The translations under genes were made by a program, and so were the position numbers. Positions 17,108 through 26,663 of a stretch of 64,000 bases of DNA are shown piece by piece. The stretch comes from Latescibacteria bacterium UBA6620 (GTDB lineage Bacteria > Latescibacterota > UBA2968). The notes under the pieces are model-generated. The model made no database searches and had not been told where the DNA came from. It saw nothing but the letters and a program-made list of their open reading frames with translations. How positions within the stretch are numbered: the stretch's first letter is position 1; each line of letters starts with the position of its first letter. The stretch is from assembly GCA_002433075.1 (NCBI GenBank), contig DJHM01000038.1, positions 4,075 through 68,074 on the forward strand. The letters run 5' to 3'.

Positions 17108-17908
17108 TTAGAATCCGTAGGTTCGATGGAGTTCCGACTTCAACGTTTCGAACGCCTCAGCTGGGGTGTCTGCAAAGTGGAACAATGAAAGGTCTTCTTT
17201 GCTGATCATGCCCCACTCCACGAGCGCGTCGAAATCAATGATCGAGTTCCAGAATTCGGACCCGTACACGACGATCGGCAGAGGTCGGTCAACCTTCCCC
17301 GTCTGGACGAGGGTGAGCACTTCCATCATCTCATCGAGGGTGCCGAAACCACCGGGGAAGACGACCAGGGCCTTGGCCAGGTAGACGAACCAGTACTTTC
17401 GCATGAAAAAGTAATGAAACTCAAAGCCCAGTCCCTCGGAAATATACGGATTCGCGTACTGTTCGAACGGCAAACTGATGTTCAGACCGACCGAGGGTCC
17501 GCCCGCTTCGAATGCTCCACGATTGGCAGCTTCCATTATGCCAGGCCCGCCTCCCGAGCAAACCGCGAATCGATGGTCCGGATCGAGCTCGCGCGACCAC
17601 TCACCCAACATGCGGGAGAGAGCGACTGCATCTTCGTAATATCGAGAGACCTCGACATCCCGTTGGGCTTTTCCTACGTCTCCGCCCTCTCTCGTCGCGT
17701 CATCGAGCGCTTGGGCAGCAGTTTCCCGGTCGCGGGTTCTGGCCGATCCGAAAAACACGATCGTATTCTGGATTTTCTCTTCGCCGAACCGCTGCTGTGG
17801 GTGAGTGTATTCGGAAAGAATCCGGATGATCCTGGCCTCGCGACCGTTCAGGAAGTCCATATTCTTGTAGGCCTTGTCAGGCGCTCCAGCAGCCTTCTGC
17901 ATTTTCAA
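17108..17908 (-). CDS. LOG-family (TIGR00730) nucleotide phosphoribohydrolase
   Basis: 266 aa with GGGPGIMEAANRGA and the PGGFGTLDEMMEVLTLVQTGK motif. Confidence 0.85.
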   Translation of the reverse strand: MKMQKAAGAPDKAYKNMDFLNGREARIIRILSEYTHPQQRFGEEKIQNTIVFFGSARTRDRETAAQALDDATREGGDVGKAQRDVEVSRYYEDAVALSRMLGEWSRELDPDHRFAVCSGGGPGIMEAANRGAFEAGGPSVGLNISLPFEQYANPYISEGLGFEFHYFFMRKYWFVYLAKALVVFPGGFGTLDEMMEVLTLVQTGKVDRPLPIVVYGSEFWNSIIDFDALVEWGMISKEDLSLFHFADTPAEAFETLKSELHRTYGF

Positions 17909-18000
17909 CCCAACCTTTTGTAATTGTTGGTTTTATATCAATAATTGACCAGTATATTTGGTCGTTCAATTCGTGTCAAACCCAATTCAGGCCAGGGTTC

Positions 18001-19173
18001 TTGCTCATGTTCGGCCCAGGCGTTAAAATGGCCGGCCGTGCGTTCACCTCATTCTCAGATCACCCGATCGTTCCTCTTCAACTTCCTATATTGATGAACC
18101 TACTGGCCATCTGCCTTGCGGTAACCTACGGGCTGATTGCACTCGCCCTGACCCGAGGCATCGTGCGAAACGAAATCGGATCTTTCTCCAACGCCCCTTC
18201 CGTCAGTGTGCTTGTCGCCGCCCGGAATGCGGCCGTCCATCTCGATGTTCTTCTTGAGGCACTGGCCGACCAGACCTACGAGGGCAACTTGGGCATCTAC
18301 GTTCTCGACGATCGCTCGACCGACGGGACGGCCGCGGTCGCAGCGAAGTGGTCAGACCGCATACAAGGTTTGAGAATCATTCCCGTCGACCGGGCCTACC
18401 ACCGTTGTGGCAAGAAGAACGCCCTGGAACACGGAATCCGGGCCTCGGACGGCGACATCGTTCTCACGACAGACGCGGACTGTCGACCCCTTCCGGAATG
18501 GATTGCGAGAACCGTGTCGTATTTCGATACCCACACGGGTGCGGTCGCAGGTCCCGCCCCACTGGAAGGACGTGGCTGGGCGCGTGGGCTCGCCGCCTTC
18601 CAGTCCCTCGTCGTCGGAGCCATCGGGCTGGGGAGTGCAGGCCTGGGCTACCCCCTCACCTGCTCGGGACGAAACTTCGGGTTCCGCAGGGCGGCCTTTA
18701 CCGATGTGGGTGGATACGACTCTTCCGGGCACCTCATCGGGGGGGATGACGTCTACCTGATGCGGGCCATCGCTGTCCACCGCGATTGGGACGTGGTGTA
18801 TCACGACGACACCGAGGCCGCCGTTCCCTCGCCAGCTCATTCCGACGCTCTCTGGCAACGACATCTGCGTTACCAATCCAAGACGTTGCGCTATGGGTTC
18901 GGAACCTTGATGGTCTCCCTGCCGGTCTATATATTGCACCTGACCTTGCTGGTCGCTCCGCTCATCGTGTGGTGGCGACCAGACCAACTCCCCGTTCTGC
19001 TCGGGCTTGCAGCCGTCAAGTTCCTCACAGATGGGGTGTTTCTTTATGCGGCTGCACGCAGGCTTCGCCAGATCGGTTTGTTGCTCTGGCTTCCGATCGT
19101 GGAGTTGATTTCCATACCCTACGTAGCCGTCGTGTCCGCCATCGGGGCCGTCCGGCCCACGTCCTGGTCGTAA
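18001..19173 (+). CDS. membrane glycosyltransferase family 2 (processive-type, Q-x-x-RW-like motif)
   Basis: 390 aa with VSVLVAARNAAVHLDVLLEALADQTY...VLDDRSTDGT, TDADCRP, GGDDVYL, and N- and C-terminal TM segments. An alternative start is ATG 18094. Confidence 0.8.
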   Translation: MLMFGPGVKMAGRAFTSFSDHPIVPLQLPILMNLLAICLAVTYGLIALALTRGIVRNEIGSFSNAPSVSVLVAARNAAVHLDVLLEALADQTYEGNLGIYVLDDRSTDGTAAVAAKWSDRIQGLRIIPVDRAYHRCGKKNALEHGIRASDGDIVLTTDADCRPLPEWIARTVSYFDTHTGAVAGPAPLEGRGWARGLAAFQSLVVGAIGLGSAGLGYPLTCSGRNFGFRRAAFTDVGGYDSSGHLIGGDDVYLMRAIAVHRDWDVVYHDDTEAAVPSPAHSDALWQRHLRYQSKTLRYGFGTLMVSLPVYILHLTLLVAPLIVWWRPDQLPVLLGLAAVKFLTDGVFLYAAARRLRQIGLLLWLPIVELISIPYVAVVSAIGAVRPTSWS

Positions 19174-19181
19174 CACACCTT

Positions 19182-20240
19182 ATGCTCTCACTCAAAACGC
19201 TACCGCAAGCGATCGGCCGATACTACGGCATCACCACCCCCAGGCGAGGGTGGAACGCGGCCAAGGTCATCACATCTTACGGTCTTTCGAATCTCTTCAG
19301 GCGGGACATCCGGTTCGGCCGGCCGATGATGCTCATGGTCGAACCTACCAACCATTGCAACCTGCAGTGCCCTCTTTGTCCTTCGGGCAACGGCGAGATG
19401 ACGAGGCCTCGCGGGATCATGCCGTTCGAAGACTTTCAACGGGCGTTCGATCCCCTGGCGGACGACCTTCTCCTTCTCCTCCTGTGGAACCAGGGCGAGC
19501 CGTTCATCAATCGGGATCTCACCCGGATGGTGCGTCACGCCGCCTCCCGCAACGTCCCCACGATCACCAGCACGAACGTTCACTACGTACGCAGCGACGA
19601 GGAGGCGGAGGACATCGTTACGAGCGGGCTCAGCGAACTCATTCTCTGTCTGGATGGAGTGGACCCTGAAACGTACGTCAAGTATCGCGTAGGAGGTGAC
19701 TTCGATCGTGTGCTCGACGGCATCGACCGCATCACGCGAGCCAAGCGACGCCTCGGGACAAAGGGCCCCCTCATTCATCTCCAGTTCATCATCATGAAGC
19801 ACAACGAAGGCCAGATCGAATCCGCTCGCGACCTCGCCCGCCGCTTTGGCGTAGACCGACTGTCCCTCAAGACGGCCCAGGTCTACACCGATGACGACGT
19901 TGACGAATTTCTTCCCAGCGACCCCTCCTTGAGTCGATACGATTATCAAGCCGAGGGGTTAAAAACAAAGGCACGTCTCAAGAATACCTGTCGCCATCTC
20001 TGGTACAGTACTGTCATTAACTGGGACGGCTCTGTTTCCCCGTGCTGCTTCGACAAGGATGTGCATTACGGGCTCGGTCAGACCCTGGACGGCACAGACT
20101 TCGACGATGTCTGGACCGGAGAACGCTACACACGTTTTCGAAACGACATCCTCGAGGACCGCGCGGCCGTCCCGATCTGTAACAATTGTTCGGAAGGCAT
20201 CAAGGGTTTGTTCTACGACATCGAGGACGTCACCCCGTGA
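19182..20240 (+). CDS. radical SAM enzyme with C-terminal SPASM-type Cys cluster domain
   Basis: The internal Met of ORF 18786..20240 gives MLSLKTLPQ.... The CxxxCxxC motif is EPTNHCNLQCPLCPSG. The C-terminal region reads CRHLWYSTVINWDGSVSPCCFD...PICNNCSEG. Confidence 0.85.
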   Translation: MLSLKTLPQAIGRYYGITTPRRGWNAAKVITSYGLSNLFRRDIRFGRPMMLMVEPTNHCNLQCPLCPSGNGEMTRPRGIMPFEDFQRAFDPLADDLLLLLLWNQGEPFINRDLTRMVRHAASRNVPTITSTNVHYVRSDEEAEDIVTSGLSELILCLDGVDPETYVKYRVGGDFDRVLDGIDRITRAKRRLGTKGPLIHLQFIIMKHNEGQIESARDLARRFGVDRLSLKTAQVYTDDDVDEFLPSDPSLSRYDYQAEGLKTKARLKNTCRHLWYSTVINWDGSVSPCCFDKDVHYGLGQTLDGTDFDDVWTGERYTRFRNDILEDRAAVPICNNCSEGIKGLFYDIEDVTP

Positions 20241-21403
20241 CCTCGCTCGAACTCGCCGCCCTGGGGTTCCTTGTTATTTCGACACTCGCCTACGTGATCT
20301 CCGCAGTCCTGTTTCGCATTGGCCTGGGGCGGCTTCACGATCCGTCTGGCGCAGACACGCCCTTCGTCTCGGTCGTCATCGCCGCTCGCAACGAAGAGAG
20401 TTACATCGGCGCCTGCCTCGACTCCCTCGCTCGACAGACTTATCCCCAGGACCGCTACGAGGTCCTCGTCGTCGACGATGATTCTGACGATCGAACGTCC
20501 GAGGTCGCTGCCAGCTACTCGGTCGCGACCGTCGTCCGACCCGACCCACAGTTCAACGATCACGCCGCCAAGAAAAGACCGATGGCCACCGGCATCAGCC
20601 GTGCAAGAGGGGAACTGATCCTCACCACAGACGCCGACTGTACCGTGCCAGAAACCTGGATCGAGGAAGTGACCAGGTGTTTCTTGCCAGAAATCGACGT
20701 CGTAATCGGGTTCTCGCAGATCAGACAACCTCGGTCTCCCGGATCGGTGTGGGATCGCCTCCAGGCGCTCGACTTCCTCGCCCTCCTCACCGCAGCCGCT
20801 GGCGCAACCGGCCTGGGATCCGCCCTTGCTGCGACGGGTCAGAACTTTGCTTTCCGGAAGTCCCTCTTCAGACGCGTTGGAGGCTATGAAGAGGTCAAGC
20901 ACCGTCCTTCCGGCGACGATGTTCTCCTGCTCCAACTGTTCAAACGAAGAGCGGGGGCCCGTGTGGGCTTCTGCCGTTCACCTGGCGGCTTCGCGACCAC
21001 CTGGCGAACCGAGGCGATCGCCGGCTATCTCCGACAGAGGAGAAGGTGGGCTTCAAACGCGACCGCCCAACTGAGACTCAATCCGCTTTTTTTCTCCTAC
21101 ATCGTCACTGTCTTCACAACGAATGCCCTGATCCCTGTCGCGCTCTGTCTGGGCCCGCCCCTGTTCCTGGCGGGTCTGGTGGCCGGCACCGTAAAACTCC
21201 TTGTCGATGCGCTCGTGCTTTCGGCAGGAGCTCACATCTTCGGCCGACGCGACCTGCTACGTCTTTTCCCAATGTGGACCCTGCTCCAGCCTGTTTATAT
21301 CGTCCTCGTCGGATTGACGGGGTCCCTGTTCGGCTTTACGTGGAAGAATCGCCGGCACTCACATCGACCCTCCAGCACGGACCTGAACCATGCCACAGTG
21401 TGA
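20237..21403 (+). CDS. membrane glycosyltransferase family 2 (QRRRW motif)
   Basis: The GTG start overlaps the rSAM stop (GTGA). Motifs are VSVVIAARNEESYIGACLDSLARQTY, VVDDDSDDRT, TDADCTVP, SGDDVLL and LRQRRRW, with multiple C-terminal TM helices. Confidence 0.8.
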   Translation: MTSLELAALGFLVISTLAYVISAVLFRIGLGRLHDPSGADTPFVSVVIAARNEESYIGACLDSLARQTYPQDRYEVLVVDDDSDDRTSEVAASYSVATVVRPDPQFNDHAAKKRPMATGISRARGELILTTDADCTVPETWIEEVTRCFLPEIDVVIGFSQIRQPRSPGSVWDRLQALDFLALLTAAAGATGLGSALAATGQNFAFRKSLFRRVGGYEEVKHRPSGDDVLLLQLFKRRAGARVGFCRSPGGFATTWRTEAIAGYLRQRRRWASNATAQLRLNPLFFSYIVTVFTTNALIPVALCLGPPLFLAGLVAGTVKLLVDALVLSAGAHIFGRRDLLRLFPMWTLLQPVYIVLVGLTGSLFGFTWKNRRHSHRPSSTDLNHATV

Positions 21404-22352
21404 CTACACCGGACCCAGCGGGAACCAGTGCGCCATCGACGCCCAGGATGGGAAACCGCGTTGTATCTGGCACGATCACGAGGTCTCCAAACGCGACCTG
21501 GACGTCAAAGCCCATCTGGAGGAGTGCGCGAGAAACTTCCAGAGTTGCGAAGGGTATGAGCTCAACGGAGCGAACCTCGAAGATGCCTACATCATGGAAC
21601 TCGATCTCTCCCACGCGAACCTCGAACGGGCGTTCATTCGGGACGGGCACGCCTACGGCATCAACCTGACCGGCGCCCGACTACAGAAAGCCGACCTGCA
21701 GGATGCCACGCTCAGAGAAGCCGTGCTAGCCGACGCAGAACTACTCGGCACGAACCTCGATGGAGCCAGCCTCGACCGCGCTGACTTCGGTCAGGGCAGC
21801 GTCCTCCGGAACCATAAGCTCGCAGACGAGCTCAGCCGTGATGGCGATGAGAGGGGAGCTATAACGAAGTATCAGGAGGCAGAAGAGATCTACCGCAACA
21901 TCCGGCAGCGATTCGAAGCCGCCGGAAAAACCGACGTGGCAGGCCGGTTCTTCTACCTGGAGATGGTCAGCAAGCGCCGTCAGCTCCCCTACTTTTCCGT
22001 GAGCCGGTTCTGGTCCAAGCTCGTCGATCTGATCTGCGGGTACGGGGAGGAACCCGTTCGGGTCGTCGGTGTTTCCGTGATGGTCATCCTGGCCTGCGCA
22101 CTGTTGTTCTGCATTTCGGGGATCGGTCACGGCGACAACGAATACGCCTTCCACCTTACCAACACCCTCTGGGAGGATGTCGAGATCCTGGCGATCTCGA
22201 TCTACTACAGCATCGTGACCTTCACCACGCTCGGATACGGCGACATGGTCGCTTTCGGGTGGGGTAAAGGGGTCGCCGCACTCGAGGCCTTTGTGGGTGT
22301 CTTCCTGAATTCGATGTTCCTCCTCACCTTCGCCAAGAAGATGGTTCGTTGA
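21390..22352 (+). CDS. pentapeptide-repeat protein fused to a two-TM K+-channel pore (TTLGYGD filter)
   Basis: 320 aa. It has a Cys-rich N-terminus (CDYTGPSGNQCAIDAQDGKPRCIWHDH), then about 20 A(D/N)LxX pentapeptide repeats, then TM-pore-TM with VTFTTLGYGDM. It overlaps the GT2 stop by 14 nt. Confidence 0.8.
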   Translation: MPQCDYTGPSGNQCAIDAQDGKPRCIWHDHEVSKRDLDVKAHLEECARNFQSCEGYELNGANLEDAYIMELDLSHANLERAFIRDGHAYGINLTGARLQKADLQDATLREAVLADAELLGTNLDGASLDRADFGQGSVLRNHKLADELSRDGDERGAITKYQEAEEIYRNIRQRFEAAGKTDVAGRFFYLEMVSKRRQLPYFSVSRFWSKLVDLICGYGEEPVRVVGVSVMVILACALLFCISGIGHGDNEYAFHLTNTLWEDVEILAISIYYSIVTFTTLGYGDMVAFGWGKGVAALEAFVGVFLNSMFLLTFAKKMVR

Positions 22353-23488
22353 GACGCGTTCTCGCGTTGCTCATCCTGCTCGGTGTCGTCAACTCCGTTC
22401 GGTCGGAGCCGCACCGGCCGCGTGCGCGCGACGCCGGCGTCGTCATCGGCCGTCATCCGACCGGCCCCCTCAACGCGATCACCGACGTCCCGGGCGTGGC
22501 CGTGGGTCACGTGACCCTGATCGAAGGTTCGGGAGCGCTTGTCGTCGGAAAGGGCCCCGTTCGAACGGGGGTGACTGCCGTTGTGCCACACCCCGGTGAC
22601 ATCTACGCGGAACCCGTCTATGCCGCAGCACAGGTCATCAACGGATATGGAGACATGACCGGGCTGTCGTGGATTCAAGAGAGCGGTCGTCTCGAGTCGC
22701 CGATCATGCTGACCAACTCGATCAGCATCGGGGCCGTCTACGAGGGCGTCCTCGACTACGCGCTCAAGCACGACCACGACCCGATGCCCGTCGTCGCGGA
22801 ATGCTATGACGGGGGGCTCAACGACATCAAAGGACGTCACGTCACGAGAGCACACGCGGTCCAGGCCATCCGCAGCGCAAAGACCGGGAAAATGGCGGAA
22901 GGCTCGGTCGGTGGCGGAACCGGAATGCGATCCTACGGCTACAAGGCCGGCATCGGCACCTCGTCCCGCCAGGTAGAACTTTCGTCGGACGGCTACGCCT
23001 TTACGGTCGGCGTCCTCGTGAACGCAAACTTCGGACGCCGGGCCAACCTGACAATCGCCGGTGTGCCGATCGGTGCCCGTCTCCCAGACGCTTCGGACCC
23101 GCCCAAGCGCGACGGCTCAATCATCATCGTTATCGCCACAGATGCCCCCCTACTCCCGATCCAGCTCAGAAACCTTTGCGGCCGAGCCGCATTCGGAATC
23201 GCGCGAACCGGTTCATCGTCTCGAACCAGCAGCGGGGATTTTGCGATCGCTTTCTCGACTGCCAAGAGACACAAACAAGATGATTCGGTCATCGATCGAT
23301 CCGAACACGTGCGACATGGCGAGCTAACGCCACTCTACGAAGCCGTCTCCGAAGCCACGGAGGAGGCGATCCTCAACGCAATGTTCAAGGCGGATACGAT
23401 GGTCGGTCAGGGAGACAGCGTGATGCCCGGTCTGCCGGTGGATCGCGTCAAGTCCATCCTCAAGGAACACGGAAGGCTGGCGGAATGA
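22349..23488 (+). CDS. P1/DmpA-family (peptidase S58) aminopeptidase, secreted
   Basis: 379 aa with a signal peptide (MRRVLALLILLGVVNSVRS), PLNAITDVPGVAVGHVTL and GGGTGM. The TTG start overlaps the channel stop. Confidence 0.8.
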   Translation: MRRVLALLILLGVVNSVRSEPHRPRARDAGVVIGRHPTGPLNAITDVPGVAVGHVTLIEGSGALVVGKGPVRTGVTAVVPHPGDIYAEPVYAAAQVINGYGDMTGLSWIQESGRLESPIMLTNSISIGAVYEGVLDYALKHDHDPMPVVAECYDGGLNDIKGRHVTRAHAVQAIRSAKTGKMAEGSVGGGTGMRSYGYKAGIGTSSRQVELSSDGYAFTVGVLVNANFGRRANLTIAGVPIGARLPDASDPPKRDGSIIIVIATDAPLLPIQLRNLCGRAAFGIARTGSSSRTSSGDFAIAFSTAKRHKQDDSVIDRSEHVRHGELTPLYEAVSEATEEAILNAMFKADTMVGQGDSVMPGLPVDRVKSILKEHGRLAE

Positions 23489-24942
23489 CGACGTCGGTGA
23501 TCATCGGGCTCATTGCCTACGTCGGCGTCACCCTCGGTATCGGCATCTATGCGGGCCGCCGAGTCAAAGACGCCTCCGACTTCCTGGTCGCCGGCCGCCG
23601 GCTCGGGACCGTCCTGGCCACAGGCACCCTCGCAGCCACCTGGTTCGGAGGAGGCATCGTGGTCGGCGCCTCGAGTGAAGCCTATAAACACGGGTTCCTG
23701 GGCGTCATCGCCGACCCGTTCGGCGCCGCACTGTGTCTGATCCTGGCCGGTCTTTTCTACGTTCGCACGATGCGCCGAATGGGCCTGACCACCATCGCCT
23801 CCTTCTTCGAAGTACGGTTCGGTCGAACGGCCAGCCTCATCGCGGCTGCGTGCACGATTCCGGCCTACGTTGGATGGGTCGCCTCCCTCATGGTCGCCTT
23901 CGGGCGTGTCATCCAGACCGTCGGCGGCATCGATCCCGATCTGGGAATCTGGATCGGCGCGATCATCGTGCTCGTATACACGACGGTCGGAGGCATGTGG
24001 GCCGTGACCCTCACGGATTTCGTTCAGGTTCTCGTCCTCGTCCTCGGGCTTGTCTGGATCACACCCACGCTACTTTCGGAAATGGGAGGCTGGTCGACGC
24101 TCCGACCTCAGATGCCCGATCGTATGTTCCATCTGTATCCGCACGGCGGCGATACGATCGCGTGGTTCAACTATGCTCGCGACTGGCTCGTCATCGGCCT
24201 CGGGAATCTGGCCGGCCAGGATCTCATTCAGCGTACCCTGTCCAGCCGTGATGAGACCGTCGCCCAGAACAGCGCCTATCTCTCAGCCGCGCTCTACCTG
24301 ACCGTCGGCCTGTTGCCCGTCTTCCTTGGTATCGCGGCAACCGTCGTGCTCCCGGACCTGGGGAACCCGGATCTCGTCATGATGGAACTCGGGCGGCTGT
24401 ATCTACCACCGCTGGCGCTTGCGGTTTTCATGGGAGCGCTTGTATCCGCCCTGCTCAGCAGCGCCGATAGTGCTCTGCTCGCACCGGCCAGTGTCATCAG
24501 CTGGGACATCCTGAAGGCCGTGCGTCCTGACGTCGACGAGCGTACCGTGCTCCGCGCCTCACGTTGGTGTGTTCTCGTACTGGGTGCAGTGTCCGTCTAC
24601 CTGGCGTTCGCGCACAACACTATCTACTCGCTGATGGTCGATTCCTGGTCCATCCTTCTCGCCACGTTGTTCGTTCCACTGACGGCCGGAATCTGGTGGC
24701 CTCGCGCAAACACACGGGGCTGTAAGGCTTCAATGATTGCAGGATTTCTCGCTTACCTGATCCTTGGGGAGTGGCTACCCGGCTTGCCGGCCGATCTGTT
24801 GGCCGTACCCATAGCCACCATTGCCCTAGGTTTCTTTTCATTGAGCGGGCCGTCTCCGCTCCCCCTCCGCACCCAAAATGGCTCTCCGCTGGGCCCCTGC
24901 CCCAGGATCGGTCTTCATTTCAGGATGCAAAATCGAGGATAA
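23485..24942 (+). CDS. sodium:solute symporter (SSF) family transporter
   Basis: 485 aa with about 13 TM segments and the typical SSF N-terminus (GIYAGRRVKDASDFLVAGRRLG). ATGA overlap with dmpA. Confidence 0.85.
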   Translation: MTTSVIIGLIAYVGVTLGIGIYAGRRVKDASDFLVAGRRLGTVLATGTLAATWFGGGIVVGASSEAYKHGFLGVIADPFGAALCLILAGLFYVRTMRRMGLTTIASFFEVRFGRTASLIAAACTIPAYVGWVASLMVAFGRVIQTVGGIDPDLGIWIGAIIVLVYTTVGGMWAVTLTDFVQVLVLVLGLVWITPTLLSEMGGWSTLRPQMPDRMFHLYPHGGDTIAWFNYARDWLVIGLGNLAGQDLIQRTLSSRDETVAQNSAYLSAALYLTVGLLPVFLGIAATVVLPDLGNPDLVMMELGRLYLPPLALAVFMGALVSALLSSADSALLAPASVISWDILKAVRPDVDERTVLRASRWCVLVLGAVSVYLAFAHNTIYSLMVDSWSILLATLFVPLTAGIWWPRANTRGCKASMIAGFLAYLILGEWLPGLPADLLAVPIATIALGFFSLSGPSPLPLRTQNGSPLGPCPRIGLHFRMQNRG

Positions 24943-25148
24943 ATTTCGCTTTGTGGTTCCATTCCAACTCTTTATATCATTTGTTTGTAAGAGGTTAGGG
25001 TTCGCAGGCGACATGTTGCCGATCGGTTTTCGGCACAGAGTGAGCGTTCGCGCACCAGCCACAAGAAATCCCCTATCAGTTTGTTTTGTAAGGCTTTGTC
25101 GTAACCCCACACCCACTTCCCGTGGGTGAAGCCGGGAACGATAAATTC

Positions 25149-26654
25149 ATGTCGGACGCTAGAGACAAACTGAGCGCGGCGATTGCCGCGAAAAAATCAG
25201 GCCCCGCTTCCAAGCCTTCGGCACCCAAGAAAGCCAAGGCGACAGCAGTATCCTCTTCGCCCGCGCCCCCCGCACGAACTTCCAGACCAAAAGCCGAAAA
25301 AGAAAAAGCCAAGAAGAAGAGTGGAGGAGGAGGCAATCTGCTTGGCAACGCACTCGGTAAGCTCGCAAAGAACTTCGTGGAAGGGCTCAAGGACGCGACC
25401 GGTGAGATCAGCCCCAAGCAACTGATCGAGTCTGCGCGGGACGGCATATCCAACCTTCAGCCTGGTGAAAAAGAAGGCGGTATCGATGAGGCTCCTGTGC
25501 CCACCTCCGAATCCCCCCTGAAGAGCCCGCTGCTTCACGCGACGTCGGCGTCTCCGCCGAAAGCTCCCCTGCAGATTCGGCAAACGGTGCCCCCGCGGGG
25601 GATGAAGCGTCCGGCGACTGGTCACCCGCCAAGGTCCAGCGCGCCCCCAAGAAGCGAGCAAAGAAAGAAGCTGCCCAAGAGGCCCCTGCTTCAGAGCACA
25701 CAGAGGATGTAGAGTCTCCCGTGGAAGGTGAGGTCGAGGCAGCCGAAGCCGAGGCACCTGCCGCTTCCGACACTCCCGGAGAGGAGGCAACTCAGGAGGC
25801 CGCGGTAGCCGACGAAGGCCCGACGCTCGAGGATGTCGACACCCCGTCCTATTCACCCGCCAAGGTGCAACGAGCAAACAGGCGCACGCCCAAGAAGGAC
25901 AAGGAGGAAGAGCCAGCTCCCGCTAACGAAGACGAAATCGAAGCTGTCGAATCCGCTGAAGCGGAAGCCCCTGAACCAGAACCCTCGAATGGCAAGCGCG
26001 CATCCAAGAAACGTCCCAAGCGATCCAGAGCGCCACAGGCCAACGTATCACCCGAGGAGCAGAAGATTCGTGGGTTCCAAGCCCTCCATACTCTATTGAA
26101 CAACGAAATATGGGCGCCCATCGCCGTCGACAGTCAGGCCAAACCGAGTTCCATTTTCGCCCCCCGGCAACACTTCGATAAACAATGGGCGACGCCTGAA
26201 TTCCGGGAAAGCCCCTACTGCCGTGTTCGAATCCACCCTCACACGGGGTGACGACGCGGGAGTCCCCCTGGAATGGACGCTCGCTCGTTTCAGAGTGGGC
26301 AGTGAGTCATTCTTCATCGGTGTTGCGCGAGACCTGTCGGATCGTAGAGCCGCAGAGCGGCAACGATATGAAGCAGAGCAGATGCAGACGCTCCTCGAGA
26401 TCGCGGGAGGTGCGGCCCACGAAATAAACCAACCCCTGACAGCCATCCTCGGCTACGGGGAAATGGCCCTCGCGCAGCTCGAGGAGAGCGACGGGATGCA
26501 CGGCCACCTCAAGCACATCGCGGAAGCCGCGCTGAGAATCACGGAGATTGTAAAGAGGATGCAGGCTCTGCACGAATACCGTACTCGCCCTTACGCAAAC
26601 GGTCAGCGCATTGTCGACTTTCGTTCGGAAGACGAACGAAGACGGGAAGAGTGA
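25149..26654 (+). CDS. Lys/Glu/Ala/Pro-rich disordered protein ending in PAS + HisKA (DHp) domains, no ATPase domain; two frameshifts as read
   Basis: Three track ORFs (25122.., 25721.., 26223..) join into one reading: MSDARDKLSAAI...(C6 run 25513-25518)...SPAKVQRAPKK...SPAKVQRANRR...PAS...H-box AAHEINQPLTAILGYGEMAL. The second slip is somewhere in 26185-26225. Confidence 0.55.
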
Positions 26655-26663
26655 GGCTCGTCC

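Noticed and set aside
18001-21403. GT2-rSAM-GT2 as the hopanoid hpnI-hpnJ(-hpnK) side-chain cassette or a RiPP cluster.
   Set aside because: The rSAM has a SPASM-type C-terminus rather than a B12-binding domain. No hpnH/hpnK/shc genes are nearby, and there are two GT2 genes instead of one. For a RiPP cluster, no precursor-peptide ORF or leader-peptidase/transporter is visible. I kept it as an unassigned cassette instead.
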